In this document: piece after piece, positions 13,791 to 26,479 of the stretch
Position numbering within the stretch: the first letter of the stretch is position 1
Layout of the letters: each line of letters opens with the position of its first letter
Assembly: GCA_951406725.2 (NCBI GenBank)
Contig: OX597819.1
Coordinates: 91,326,001-91,390,000 of the forward strand
Direction of reading: 5' to 3'
Source: Octopus vulgaris
Lineage: Eukaryota
DNA: 64,000 bases
Notes under the pieces: model-generated
What the model saw: only the letters and a program-made list of their open reading frames with translations
Told to the model about the DNA's origin: nothing
Database searches by the model: none
Made by a program: the position numbers and the translations under genes

Positions 13791-13809
13791 TCTATATATA
13801 TATATATAT

Positions 13810-13980
13810 AGGGAGAATTCACAAAAAAAAAACAAAAGACGAAGGCAGGTGATGTGGACAACAAACAGATGTATTAATTTAATGCTCGGGAAGTGAAAAA
13901 GTCTTTAACGTTTCGAGTTTACGCTCTTCCACAGAAAGAAACAAGGAGAGAAAATAAAGAATGTGTAGTGGCTAGCGATC
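13810..13980 (-). mobile_element. Short Penelope-like element with variant HHR (13903-13938)
   Basis: Minus strand CUUU-CUGUGGA-A-GAGC guaa ACUC-GAAA-CG-UU-AAAG; homolog of 42424-42597; flanked by TA-rich sequence. Confidence 0.65.
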
Positions 13981-16900
13981 TATTATATATCTATAATTAG
14001 TTTTTATTCTCATCATATTTTGACTCAAGGCTACAAATATCTGAGTGGAAAGTAAATTATATCAACCACACTTGATTGATTCCTATTTTATGAACCCAAG
14101 AAAAACCAAAAAGTAAGGTCAACCTCTGTGACATTTGAACATGTAGTGTAAAAAGGATTCAAATACATTAAGGCATTTTGTACACTAGCCTACCACATTA
14201 GCTTCCACCACTACTTTCCTTTTCATAATAATAAAATTCATTCATGAAGAAAGAGACAAAACATTCTTTTTTAAAAAATAATATTTAGAATAAGCTTAGT
14301 AAAGTTTGAAGAAAGTAAGTGGAGAAAAAAAGCCTGAAGTGGAATTTAAGTATTATGAAGTTCTAGATTAAAAAAAAAAGACAGGATAAGGGAATCTTTT
14401 GAGGCATAATGTATTTAGAACTACTTTATCCAATATATCCATTTTGTTAGGTGGTAGAACAAGTGGGAGGGAGGTGTAGTTGTTTAGGTGTATTTCAAGC
14501 AGGTTGAGCAACCGGGTGGAAGGGCCTTTTTAGCCCATCACATTACAAAGTTGAAATATGAATTAGGATTTAGGTTAAAATTACACAGTCACTTATAATT
14601 TTATATTTCCATTCTATCTAACTTAGGAACTCTTTAAAGAGTAGCGAGGCCTCTTTGTAACTATTGGCTAAAAGAATATCACCAGATTTAAGATCTTCAT
14701 GCTTCTAATATTGAATCAATTTCTTTATTGCAGGTCAGATAACATACAAAAATTGTAGTATTATAATTAGAAAAGCACTTGAAAAATGAATATTAATCAA
14801 CGCAACTGGATGACAATAAATACAACGCTGTTGAATGCACTCGTCCAGAATATACATTTTCAAAAGAAAAGATCAAAACAGTTCCTTCTTTAAACAAATG
14901 AAATATTCTAGCGACGAATCTTCAGAAACAATTTTAACCCTATTTAATAATGTAAGTTATCACATGAAAAGTATATTGCATCTAAAGTTAACTACTTTTT
15001 CTGTTACTTCAAGTTCCTCTCCGAAAATGCGTTCGCATACCGAGACTGTTTTCGATACTAACGGAATTATCGTTGGCGTTTATATATTAAACGAAGGGCA
15101 GTCAACAGAAACATTCGAGCGTTTTAAACGAGGATTCTTTTCATCCCACTTTCGCCTAATATTCTTCGAATCGCCATATTAAAGCCAAAATAATTCCAAG
15201 GGGAGCTAATTATTTTTGTCTTTTAACGTTGCCTGAATTTCGAAACAATATTTTTATAAATATCATTTGTTTTGATTTCCAAGACGAAAAGAGGGGAAAA
15301 AACACATTTGTACGGAATACAACTCGTTGTTAACCCTTCAAGAGAATATCAATTCCGTCTTTCTCCTCAAAAAAATATTTATACAATTAAAATATATATT
15401 TCCACAATTAAAATATAAATTTATTTCGACATATTCGGCACGAAATAGTAAAAATCTTGTGATGTGTAGAAGTTCTGATTTGAAATATTACGATGCGATT
15501 CCGAAAACGATTTCTAAGAAATCGTTAGAAATATAAAATAAATTCAGAAATATCAATGAATGTTTTGCAAATTAAAATACAAAAATGAGAAAGAAAGAAA
15601 GAAAAAAACAATGAAGAATGGATGTAGCACATTAACTTATTAACATTTTCAATGAACCATTGTCAACCTCAATAACAATCTTCGTGAAATTTGATACGGA
15701 AAATTCCAAAAATTGCTTAAGTTATGATAAACAGCTAGAGTTAAGATTTGGGACAGAATCCGAAATGACATTTCATATACGACAAATACGAACACTTAAA
15801 ACAGAAGGCAAAAATGATAACAAGAAAAGGGTTAAGGCAGAAACAATGCCGTTTCTAAAAAGGAATGGCTAATGTCAGAATGGCCAGTTTGGTGCCACTG
15901 CAGAAAATGAAATATTCTTCTAAAGTAAATCTAGATTACAATGAGTGAACAGCGTAGTAAACGGTGAAACTGAAGGTGATATCAGCGAATACATACATAC
16001 ATATACATATATACATTTCATATATATATATATAACAAGATTATTGTATTAAATAAATAAGCTACACACATTACATGTATATATGGATGGTTGGATAGGT
16101 GGATGGATGTTTATTTTAAATTAACATCTATGTAATGATATAGATTTGTGTTGGAGTGTATATGTAAAAACATACACATGCGTGCGTGTGCGTGCGAGCA
16201 TGCATTTGCATGCATGAGTATAATTGCAACATTGTTAATTAATAATACAAGTTTAATGGAGTGTGTCATTGATATGTAGTCACAGGTCCAGAATGAGTTT
16301 GACTAATGACTAGAAGCATCCCAACCATGACCATCCCGTCAGTTAATCAGATATCGTGTATCTTTTATACGTTATTCAGATGTAACCTTAGAGAGTGGGA
16401 CATAATTAAAGGGGGAATTTGGCTGCTATTTCTAGCAGGTCGAGCGTGCGCGAGTATTTGTGTCCATGAGTTAATGTCAACGTGCGTAAGAAGTGTTAAT
16501 TTAATGTTTGTACATGATCTGAGTCACTTGATATGAAATAGGTTAATGTAAATGTACATATGTACGTGTTAAAGCAAAATATTAGCACATGATTTAAGGT
16601 GTGCATGTATATATATATATGTGCTTGCGTGTGTATATGCGTGTGTCTGTGTGTGTGTTTGTATGTTTGAATATTAAAAAAAAATGAAAGAAGGATGACG
16701 TGTGACGTGGCATGTCAATATCTGGAATAATAAAAAAAAAAACATCGGATTCGGAAAAGTTAGAACAGAAAATGGGTAAGGCCATTTCAGTGCGAAGAGT
16801 TTATAAAGGAGCGTCGTTCGTTTTTAAAGAACTGGGACCATGTCGGAAGGCGTTGCGTGAAAGATCCAGCATGGTGCAAGGAAGAGAGGAGCAGAGCTTT

Positions 16901-19435
16901 GGCTGTGTGGGTATTGTGTAGAGTCTGCGAGGGTATGCTTGCATGCATAATTCATATACACACATGTATGTATCGAAGTGTGTCGTATGTTGTGTACATG
17001 CACATATGTAAGCACACTAACACATACACACGTGTGTGTATGCTAAACGGTCACGGGAAAACGGGAAACTGAAGAACGACATAAGACTTAGCGTCGAATA
17101 AAAAACAAATTCCACTCTATGTATTGAGTACTTATCTCTCGTGTTTGTAAATTTACTGTGTATATATGTGTATACATACATGCAAAGATTCGTGCGTGAG
17201 CGTGCGCGCGTGTTTATAAGTGCACTTATGTATAAGGAACGTGTACGTCGCTATTTTTGCTTGCAGTAATGTGATAAAATGTATATTTATGCTAGTGATC
17301 ACAAGGTCGGAGACTGGGTCGGGTTTCTTTCTTATCGTCCGATTCATCCGTTTAAACACAACAGCATAAATGATTGAATAAAATGGTCATAACGCTTTCT
17401 AACTTTAACATTTGTAGTTTTCCAATACATAATACATAAAACTTAAGAGGTAGAAATTAAATCTTGTAGATTTAATAAACATTCCAAAAAGTTGGGGTTT
17501 TTTTTTTATTCCCTCTTTTTTATTTTATTTTCGGTTTACATGCCGAACATTTGAATTACTTTTTACAGAAAATGCTGTTTAAAATAAATACAAGGAGCGC
17601 AATAGTCATTCTGACTGAATAATTATATTTATAAAGTACATAGAAATATATTTGTCAATCGTATGTACGTGCGTATACGATTGCAAAATCTAAGCACATA
17701 CTAAGTTTGATCGCATTAGATTATTCTTTTAAAGTGCTTCTTTATTGCGAAATTTGAAAAACCGGCAACTCTTTTTTACCAGAAAAAAAGTTCTAGTTGG
17801 ATTGAAAATAATAGTCTGTGGAGGATAGCTTAGTTCTAAAGAAAATTAAAAGGGACAGCGAATGGAATGAATCGGAAAAGGCGCTTTCAATGTCATGTTT
17901 ATTTTCATTTATTTTTCTTTTCTTTTTTTAGAATCCTATGTTTAGCACGTTTCACAAAAAGAGTAAGAATTGTATATTTCAATAATTATTTTTCTATCCT
18001 AAACTGAATACAAAGTAACCGTTCTTTCTAAGTAAATGAACACGGAAATATAAGGACTCTCCCATAGAAAGATGGATTATATTTCACAGACGGACTGAAT
18101 ACAAAAGGGAGCAATTGGCTAACAGAATGGTAAAGTGTACGGATGAAAAGATAAACCGGCCGGTAGAATTATGAGGTGAAAGACATTTATGAACGGGACT
18201 CGATGGAAACGTAACTGAACGAGGGAGGAAGAGGGGACAGATGGACAGTAGACAGAGTTAGATGGATAGACTGGCGGATAGGGTCACAGGGATGCAATCG
18301 ACACACGGAAATTTTATTTTATTTCTTTCGTAAATTTGTTTGGTGGTGAGGCAAGCTACCACCCAAACATTTTTCTCAGTTTCTATCATCCAGGAGAATT
18401 GATTCAATTGGGTACAACTGAATATCAGACTAGACGGGCAGACTGTACTTGGAAGAGTACAATACTGGTGGCATTAGATGACGAGGTTAGATGGACAGTG
18501 AAAGACTGGGTGGGTACACAACACGGACAGTGACAAGACAGAGACAAACGGACAGTCGTTACAGATAAACAAAACGGAGGTTGAGCTGTCAGACGGAAAA
18601 TGTTTAATGGGCAGACAGGCGAGTCGAGTAGATGGATAAGATATAGGCAGACAACAATAAGAAAACATATATACATAGGAGATAGGTATCTAGAATAAAA
18701 CAAACTGAAAATAGATTGGAATCGCAAACATGGGGTTAGAAAGTTGAAGTTTAGAGAAGAGAAGGAACGGATAGGCAGGGAGCAGGCAGGCAGACACATG
18801 GGACCACGAATAGTCGGACGATAGCTACATAGAGAGAAAGAGGCTAGGTAATGTCAAATATTGAGACCGAGTAAAGCACTCAGCATTCATACATAGGCAC
18901 TTAGAAAGGCATGGATTAAAATAATGGACATAGTTTAAGTGGGAGCAGGTCTGACATGCAAATGACATGAGACATTACAATAAATACATCAATGAAAACC
19001 CACGCACAGAGAAAGTTAAATAGACAGACAGATAAACATGAAGAGAGAACTAACCGAACACATAGATAAAGGAACATTCAGGTAAACATATAAAAGCGGT
19101 GGGTCTAAGTTGTGATAGTGAATGTAAGTGAGTTTAAAGAGAATAATGTTTGAAATATTTGGCTGTGGTCAGAGTATGAAACGAAGAAAGAAAAGAAAAC
19201 AAAACTCATGACAGAAAGAAGGAAAAGTAAAGGGCACAGAGAGAATCGGGAAGGAAAAAAAGAGAAAGTAAAAGAATGTCTCACCATTTAAATTGGTACG
19301 AAAGACCAAAAATTGACGCTGGATATATAAAAGTGTATATAAATATTTGTATATACACACCACACGTATGTAACGTATATTCCTGTGAAACGTCAAAGTA
19401 GCAGTGCGGCTGCTACAACATTACAGACACTTGAA

Positions 19436-19452
19436 GCAGCGCCACCTGCAGT
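19436..19452 (-). promoter_or_regulatory. Candidate CTCF-like motif
   Basis: Minus strand actgcaggtggcgctgc is close to the CCASYAGRKGGCRS consensus; single motif match only. Confidence 0.35.
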
Positions 19453-19469
19453 TTCAAGTTGATCTTCAT

Positions 19470-20026
19470 CTAGTAGTAGTAATAGTAGTAGTAATAGTAA
19501 TGTTGGTCGCGGTCGCGGTGATAGTAGTAGTAGTAGTAGTAGTAGTGAGTGCGTTGTTGTTGTTGGTGGTGGTTGTGGTGGTGATGTTATTGGTTGGGAT
19601 CGTGATAATAGTAGAAGTGGTAGTGGTGATGGTTGTAGTAGTAGAAGTGGTAGTGGTGATGGTTGTAGTAGTAGTAGTAATAGTAGTAGCCGAGGTGCTA
19701 GTAGTATTGGTCGTAGTTATGATGGTTGTAGTAGTAGTAGTAGTAGTGGTAATCAAAAGTTATAGTAGTAGTAGTAATATACGCTCATTTTATGCTTTCC
19801 TCCCACTTATTTTTTATTTATTTTCTTTCACGGGTTGTGTCTCATTCTATCTATCTAGCTGTCTATCTATCTATCTATCTATCTATCTTTTTTTCTTCCT
19901 TCCACGATCCCTTTTGATCGAAATTCTCCACCACCCCTTTTTTTCTTCTTTCCTTCCCAAAAAGAAAAGCTCTACTTTGTATTTTGTCCCCTCTGTGTTC
20001 AGCCCTGTGTGGCTAATAAAGAAACA

Positions 20027-20067
<41 letters not shown>

Positions 20068-20299
20068 CTTTCACATTTATTGCTCTTCAGTCACTGGTAC
20101 TATCTCTTTTTCTTTTGTCTTTTTCCCTCTCTCTCTCTTACTGTATTTCTCTTTCATTGCTCTTCTCTTTTCACTCGTATCATCTCTTTCTTTTCTTCCT
20201 CTATCTCTTATTCTTCCCTTTTCTCATTGGCATCACCTCCTATCTTTTCTTCATTTATCACGGTCTCTATCTCTCTTTTTTTCTGTCATTCCTAATTCA

Positions 20300-20332
<33 letters not shown>

Positions 20333-20345
20333 CTATCTATCTATC
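19470..20345. repeat. (GTA)n/(GTG)n then (CTAT)n and CT-rich low complexity
   Basis: Direct reading; explains ORFs 19404-20483 and 19466-19756. Confidence 0.95.
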
Positions 20346-20733
20346 CATCTATCTATCACCGTGTTTCTTTTATTATTCTCTGTAATTCTTGTTATTTTTT
20401 TTCGGTTGTCTCATTTTCTTTCTTCACAGCTTTTCGTGTTCCTTTATCCTTCTAATAAACTAAATAAACAGAAGCAACAATAACATTTAAAAAGAAAAAT
20501 AACTATCGTTCTCAGTATTCATATACGCAACCTCTCTCTTTCTCGTTTTCCACACCGTATTCTTCAATGTCCTGTCACACTTTTACCATTATCTCATGAT
20601 TACCTTTTTTTACTCTCTTCCATCATTCCTTACTCTTTATTATTCCTTCACGCTTATCTACTTTCCCGCTTATTTTACTCACCGTCTCCCACAAGTCTTT
20701 CTTCATCATTTTTAATACACCTCAGAATCTGAT

Positions 20734-20769
<36 letters not shown>

Positions 20770-21978
20770 CATCATCAATTTCAAAGTCAAACTGCACCAT
20801 CATCATCATCATCGTCATCTGTAATTGCTTATTGTCGGGAAAACTATTATTTAACGCACACACACACACACAATAATGTTTCGTTTTGAATATGTTACGA
20901 TTACATTCATATTAAAATTTATGAATTAAAGACTTCTTGCATTGATAAAAAGCCCGCAAATCTGCCGAGGAAAGCTGAATCAATTGAAATTATCCACAGT
21001 ATTCATAACTGGTGCTCATTTTAAAGTTTCCGAGGATTTAGAAAAAGCGCAGTTGACCACAGAGAGATTTTCCTTTTCTTTTCTTTAAAGAAAAAGTATC
21101 AGTGACTTTTTCAGGGATTCCGTGCATAGTAAGATGAATTGAGTACTTAACCCGAATAGCGTAGCTAGCGGAGGGTTGGGTGGGAGTGATCCGCAGAACG
21201 GTGCTTTTAAGGTGCAGGCACTTTTGAGTCTGCTGTATAAGCTTCTCCAAGGGACGATGGCGGGGACGAGAATGGCAGCAACCTCAAAGGCTGCCCCTCG
21301 CAAGACACACTACTTAACAACCCGAATGTTTGCAAAAGGAACTCGGGGTTACCCAAATAGTGTGTGTGTGAACCCAACAAAGTGGTCGTTCGAATTGCGT
21401 GAGAGAGCAGTTAAATTTCTCCCCTATCATCTCTTAAATTACGAAAGGACACGATTGCTTGTTCCTGTCCCTCTACAATATATAGGAAATAATCAAGCAT
21501 GCCTTATTCAAGATAAACATTAAGTTCCTTGTTTTTATATATTAATTTCCTTTTCTCAGTACGAAATACACCTATAAACAACGTTTTATTTTATATTTGA
21601 TTTTTTTTTAGTCGTGTAAGACCTATAATCAGAGGTGTTCCATTGATGATGACCATTCGGTCATAATTTCTGGCAGTGTGTTAACCAGTAGAGTCTTTGA
21701 TTTTGGGGGCTGCTCTTTCAACCCGGACAAAGCGTCAGCGAAGGAAAATGAAGCAAAGCAAGGGTTTATCGAACAAACCTATGACCAAAGGCGTTTTAGG
21801 CATGCTTTTAATAAATCTAGAACTTCTTGTCGCTCGCGTGATATATATATATATTGGCCTGCTCGCTTAGCCCGCGGGGTGGCGTCATTCGAAGGCTAAA
21901 ACAATGCGAACGCATTGTGACCAGCGATGTGTAACAACATCTGATGGTCTGGTCGGTCACGTGCGTATATATATATAT

Positions 21979-22040
<62 letters not shown>

Positions 22041-22075
22041 TATATTATATTATATTATATATATTATAATGGAAG

Positions 22076-22154
22076 GTGAACGTGACTACGAAGTTTCGTC
22101 GACAGTGGCTCGTCTGACGAACTACTGCCGGCGAAACTCTGAAGTCGCAATCAC
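22076..22154. ncRNA. Imperfect 79-nt palindrome made of two head-to-head hammerhead halves
   Basis: Centre at 22115; plus strand CUGACGA..GAAA-CU cuga AG-UC, minus strand CAGACGA..GAAA-CU ucgu AG-UC. Confidence 0.6.
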
Positions 22155-22784
22155 TTAGCATTTCGTTTGAATAAAAAAAAAATACATTCTATTCACTTTA
22201 ATGCTTTTTAAGGCATTCCACACGATACCCGAAACAGAATTTAACTAATTTTAGAATATAAATTCGTGGAAGCGACGATATCCAACTATAAAGCCAAACA
22301 CGAAGGAAAAGGGCCGTGAAAATGAAACAGGCGCTGGCATAGCCTGTGTATGGGAAGAAGTTTGCTTCCAAACCACATAGTTCCAGAAAAAAAGTATGAA
22401 GTCACGTTACTGACTGTACCTCTCCCCTCTCCCCCCACCTAGCTTGCATGCACTGGAGCAGCAGAATAAAACTTTCAGCGAAACAACATTCACTGAAGTC
22501 GCTAAAGTCCTGAAGCATAAAATAAAAGTCAACAATGCACTCGCCTGTTGAGAAAGGTGCATTGTTTTAGGAAAATTATATGGTTGGAGCTGCTATTGCT
22601 ATTACTGTTACTGCTTAACCCAGTGGTCCCAAACCACCAGGCCGCGGACCAGCAGTGGGTCGTGGATCATTTAGTACCGGGCGCACAGAAAGGATAAATT
22701 AAAAATTTATTTTTATATTTTATTGACCATACCAGTCTGTAGGACGTTTTTGCATTATATATGTATTATTATGCAATACATGAA

Positions 22785-23035
22785 AGCGCGTGGCTTAGTA
22801 ATTATGATATCCAGCTCCCGATCGTAAAGTCGTGAGTTCGATTCCTAGCAGTGCGTCGTGCTCTTGAACAAGATACTTTATTTCACATTGTTCCAGTCCT
22901 TTCAGCTAGCAAAAATGATTTGTACATGTAATTCAAAGGGCCAGCTTTATCCGTGCATGTGTTTGTGGAGCCCTCAGCCACTTCCACGTTAATTTCTCAA
23001 GCCGGCTGTCCCGTTGATCGGATCAACTGGAACAT
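22785..23035 (+). mobile_element. tRNA-derived SINE (second family)
   Basis: gtggcttagta...gagttcgattcc...ctcttgaacaagatactttatttcacattg; matches 8648-8965. Confidence 0.8.
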
Positions 23036-23171
23036 TTTATATAAGTGGAATTTAAATAATGGTAAAGTATAAATTTATTATTTGTGGGAACGACGATAAC
23101 CAAGTTTTTACTCTCTCATTTACCAAAACCAACCACGAAGAAAGAGACTTGGGAATGAAATAACAAGCAGT

Positions 23172-23400
23172 CGCAGACATGGCTGTGTGGTAAGAAGTTT
23201 GCTTCCCAACCACAAGGTTCCAGGTTCAGTCCCATTGATTGTCACATTGGACAAGTGTTTTCTACTATAACTTCGGGCCGATCAAAGCCTTGAGAGTGGA
23301 TTTGGTTGACGGAAACTGAAATGTTTGACGGTCCTCACTGTATTTCTTTCCAGTTGTCTCATACGATCTCAGCCAATCACTTTTGTGCTTGACAATTGCG
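23172..23400 (+). mobile_element. CORE-like SINE
   Basis: ggctgtgtggtaagaagtttgcttcccaaccac...ggttcagtccca. Confidence 0.8.
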
Positions 23401-24317
23401 GGTATCTTTGTTTTGTCATTTACTTGTATTTCTTCATGCTCAATGGATTCCAACAATGTAAGTGGTCTTCCTATGTGTTTCTTTATCAGCCTTTTGGCGC
23501 TCAGCAAGTCCGTCCTGAACATACGATAGATTTTTCAGTACAAAGATACCGTGTCTGGTGTTAATGTAGGTATCGTTGTCCTCAAATGACGACTCATAAA
23601 TTGTACCAGTTATTTACCAATTTGTACCATTTAAGTATTTCCCAAGTCTAACAGTGCCGGAAAGGAGGTCTTTGTTTTTCTAGCTTGTCCATTTGGTTGT
23701 GGTAATCATGGACTGGATGTGATATGGTGGCAGTCCAACGTTTTGTCAATGTTTTAAAATTCTTCAGATGATTGTGAAGCATTATCCAAAATCAGAATAT
23801 CTGGTTTTCCATATCTATCAAAAAAAAAAAAGACTGATTCCAGCATATTTATGACAGTAAAAGTGATTTGATCTCTTAATTGCATTACCTGAACAAATTT
23901 GGAATAATAAATATAAAATCATCAGCATTGGTTGAGAATAAAGCAACATCAACCTTTGACCAAGGACCTTATAAGACAGTAAGTAATGGGTCATTAGTTC
24001 TGAATTTAACACATGTGGTACACTATACAACAGCCTCCAGTATTTTGTGGTTCATGCTAGGCCAAAACAGTGCATCTCAGGCTTTCTACTTACTTCTTAT
24101 AATGCCTTGATGTGACTGGCAAAATTTGTCCCCTGCTTCACTTCTGAGCGATTCAGGGACGATTACTCTATTCCTTTTGAAAAGCAGTTGGTCGCGATAA
24201 ACAATGTCATTCAAGAACTCCGAATAACTCTTGAGCACAATGTAGCGTTATCAGATTATCACTTGGACTGGTTGTTGTTTGAAATTAATGGAGACATTAA
24301 AAATTAAGCTGATAATG

Positions 24318-24520
24318 TTGGCTTCAAATTCTGGCACATGACCAGCAATTTCACAGATGATTACATCGACCCCAGTGTCCAACTAGTGCGTATTTTATCG
24401 ACCCTGAAAGGATGAAATGTGAAGTCAACCTCGGTGGAATTTGAGCTCAGACGATAAAGACGGACGAAATACTGCTAAACATTTTGCCCGGCATGTGTGT
24501 GATTCTGCCAGTTCGCCGCT
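24318..24520 (-). mobile_element. Meta-like SINE inserted in gypsy pol
   Basis: gattacatcgaccccagtg...ttatcgaccctgaaaggatgaaa. Confidence 0.8.
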
Positions 24521-25180
24521 TTATAGTGAGCTGATAATATTAACATCTTGAAATTCATCTTAGACAGAATCTTAAGGCTCATTTAGATATTCATTAGAAA
24601 CAGTTTCATCAACGATTAATGCTCTAGAAAGAGTATCATGTACATGTAAATCTTTCTCAGGTTGTACGTGATTCTGAGATGTCTTTGCATGAGTAAAATC
24701 CTTTTCCTTACTCGTTGTGCGAATAGACAAAAATTCTTCCGGAAAATCTATACTAATGGTTTTTGATCAGTTTCAACCAATACCGCCTTTATGTACACAT
24801 ACTTGTAGAACTGTCTACACCCAAAGACTATGACTAGCAGTACCTTCTCTAGTTGTGAGTAGCTGGGGTTTTTTTTTTGGGGGGGGGGGTTACCGTTAAT
24901 GTACGTGATGCATAGGTGATAGAATGATTATCTCATAATATTATGTTCCTAGACCATCTTTTGAGCTGTCTACAGAAAGTATGCTTGTTTTCTTGGCATC
25001 GGAATACTTTAGAACTGGAGCGTTTGTTATCAGATCTTTTACTTTATCAAAGCTCTTCCGGTGAATATAATTCCATGCAAATTCTCTGTTATCTTTAGTA
25101 AGCTCATGTAATGGTGCTGAAACGTTACATAAATTAGAAATAAATTCAGCAATATACGTGGCCATTCCTATAAAACTAAG

Positions 25181-25400
25181 TAGAAAGGGTGCTGAAAAGT
25201 TCCTGGCTTTGGGTAAAAGAAAATACAAGAAGATCAGTTAATTATGATATTATCTAATATATCCCCCTCTCAGATTCACTCACTTATTGCAGTGACCCTT
25301 CACTTTTCCTAAAACCTACAAAAGAACTCGGAAGGTTGGGCCTCCAACGAGGCCTGTCACGACACCCTTAAAGCCAGGAATTTTTCAGCACTTCCTTGTA
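25181..25400. mobile_element. Mariner-like MITE inserted in gypsy pol
   Basis: TIRs ta-gaaagggtgctgaaaagttcctggcttt / aaagccaggaatttttcagcacttccttg-ta, TA flanks. Confidence 0.85.
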
Positions 25401-26479
25401 TATGTTGCTTGTTTGTGGGTTCTGGTATCTCAACAACTGCACTCAAACGCTCCAGGTTTGGCGAGTGAGTGACGAATAAATATATGACCACCATATCTAA
25501 CTTCGTCTTTGGTGATTTCTGCATTGTCAAGGTTTAGTTTAAGTCTTGCTTGATTAACACGATTATTGACTTGTTTCAATCTCCTGTCATGTTCTTTGTT
25601 GGAACTACCCCCACATCAATTCCTTCACAGTTAATTTCCATAGCTCGTTTTACTTTTCCTGAGCAGCACAAACCAAATAGTAAATGCAGGAAGCGACATC
25701 TGCCAAACAAAGATTTCATTTCACAGTTTTGAGCTTTCCTCTTCTAATTGCATAAGCCAGTAAATGTGTCATGCATCTAGTTTGGCGAATTAGGTTGCAT
25801 TTCCTATCTGTGCAGCAACTTTTTCATGTATCATAGCTGGGTGATGTTTACGCATAATAACTTTGTTGAGGTCATTTGAATCAATGCAGATCCTTATCCT
25901 GTCGTGTTTTTGTACTGTGATCATTGAGTTGATCCATGCTATAAGCTCACGCTGTTGACAATGGTGTTAAGATGATCCATGAGATAAAGTTCAACTTTCT
26001 CTGAACTTGATCGCAAATAGCGTATTGAATTCTTTGTGGCAGTTATGACTGGCGTAGCATCAGGTTTTAACTTAACTGAGTGTAGACCGGATATTTTTCC
26101 AAGACCTTTATATAGATTTGGGTAATCTAGCAATGAGTTCACGGAGTTTACTTCAAGTCTTTTTAATAAATCTAATTTGCCTCATGCATCTTTTCTCATG
26201 ATAAACGATGCTTCTGATCGACGACTTGAAATATATTTCATAACTTTGTTATGCTTACTGTTGCTTTTCAGTCGGAGATTAGTTGACTGTGATGGACCTG
26301 TGAAAAACGAGCGCTGTAAAAGTGCGCTGTTTGGAGTAATATTTCCTTATGATGCAATATAAAGTTTGAAGTCAACGCTTTGTCTGTCTTCTACTGTAAT
26401 GAGTTGCCTCCAGTCAGATGTTATAGCATTTCTTACATATCTAGGAATAAATATCAATACGAATCGATTTCCTGTGTTA

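Larger units (their letters stand above)
23500..26400 (-). pseudogene. Gypsy pol remnant (RT-RNase H-integrase)
   Basis: YKGLGKISG..KLKPDATPV (~26040-26120); WINSMITVQKHDRIRICIDSNDLNKV (~25860-25940); FAWNYIHRKSFDKVKDLITNAPVLKY..VDSSKDGLG (24945-25085); HQGII..ALFWPSM..CTTC integrase Zn finger (~24010-24113). Confidence 0.9.

Noticed and set aside
17069-17101. CUGAAGA followed by a cgac/gtcg hairpin
   Set aside because: Followed by GAAU rather than GAAA, with no stem III/UH or stem I
19404-20483. 359-aa ORF, and similar long ORFs at 37079-37482, 49831-50338, 52162-52676, 53897-54349 and 58017-58488
   Set aside because: Translations of microsatellites and low-complexity tracts; no domain-like sequence
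21853-21964. HDV-like ribozyme
   Set aside because: Could not build the P1/P2/P3/P1.1 nested pseudoknot on either strand; kept only as a structured cassette
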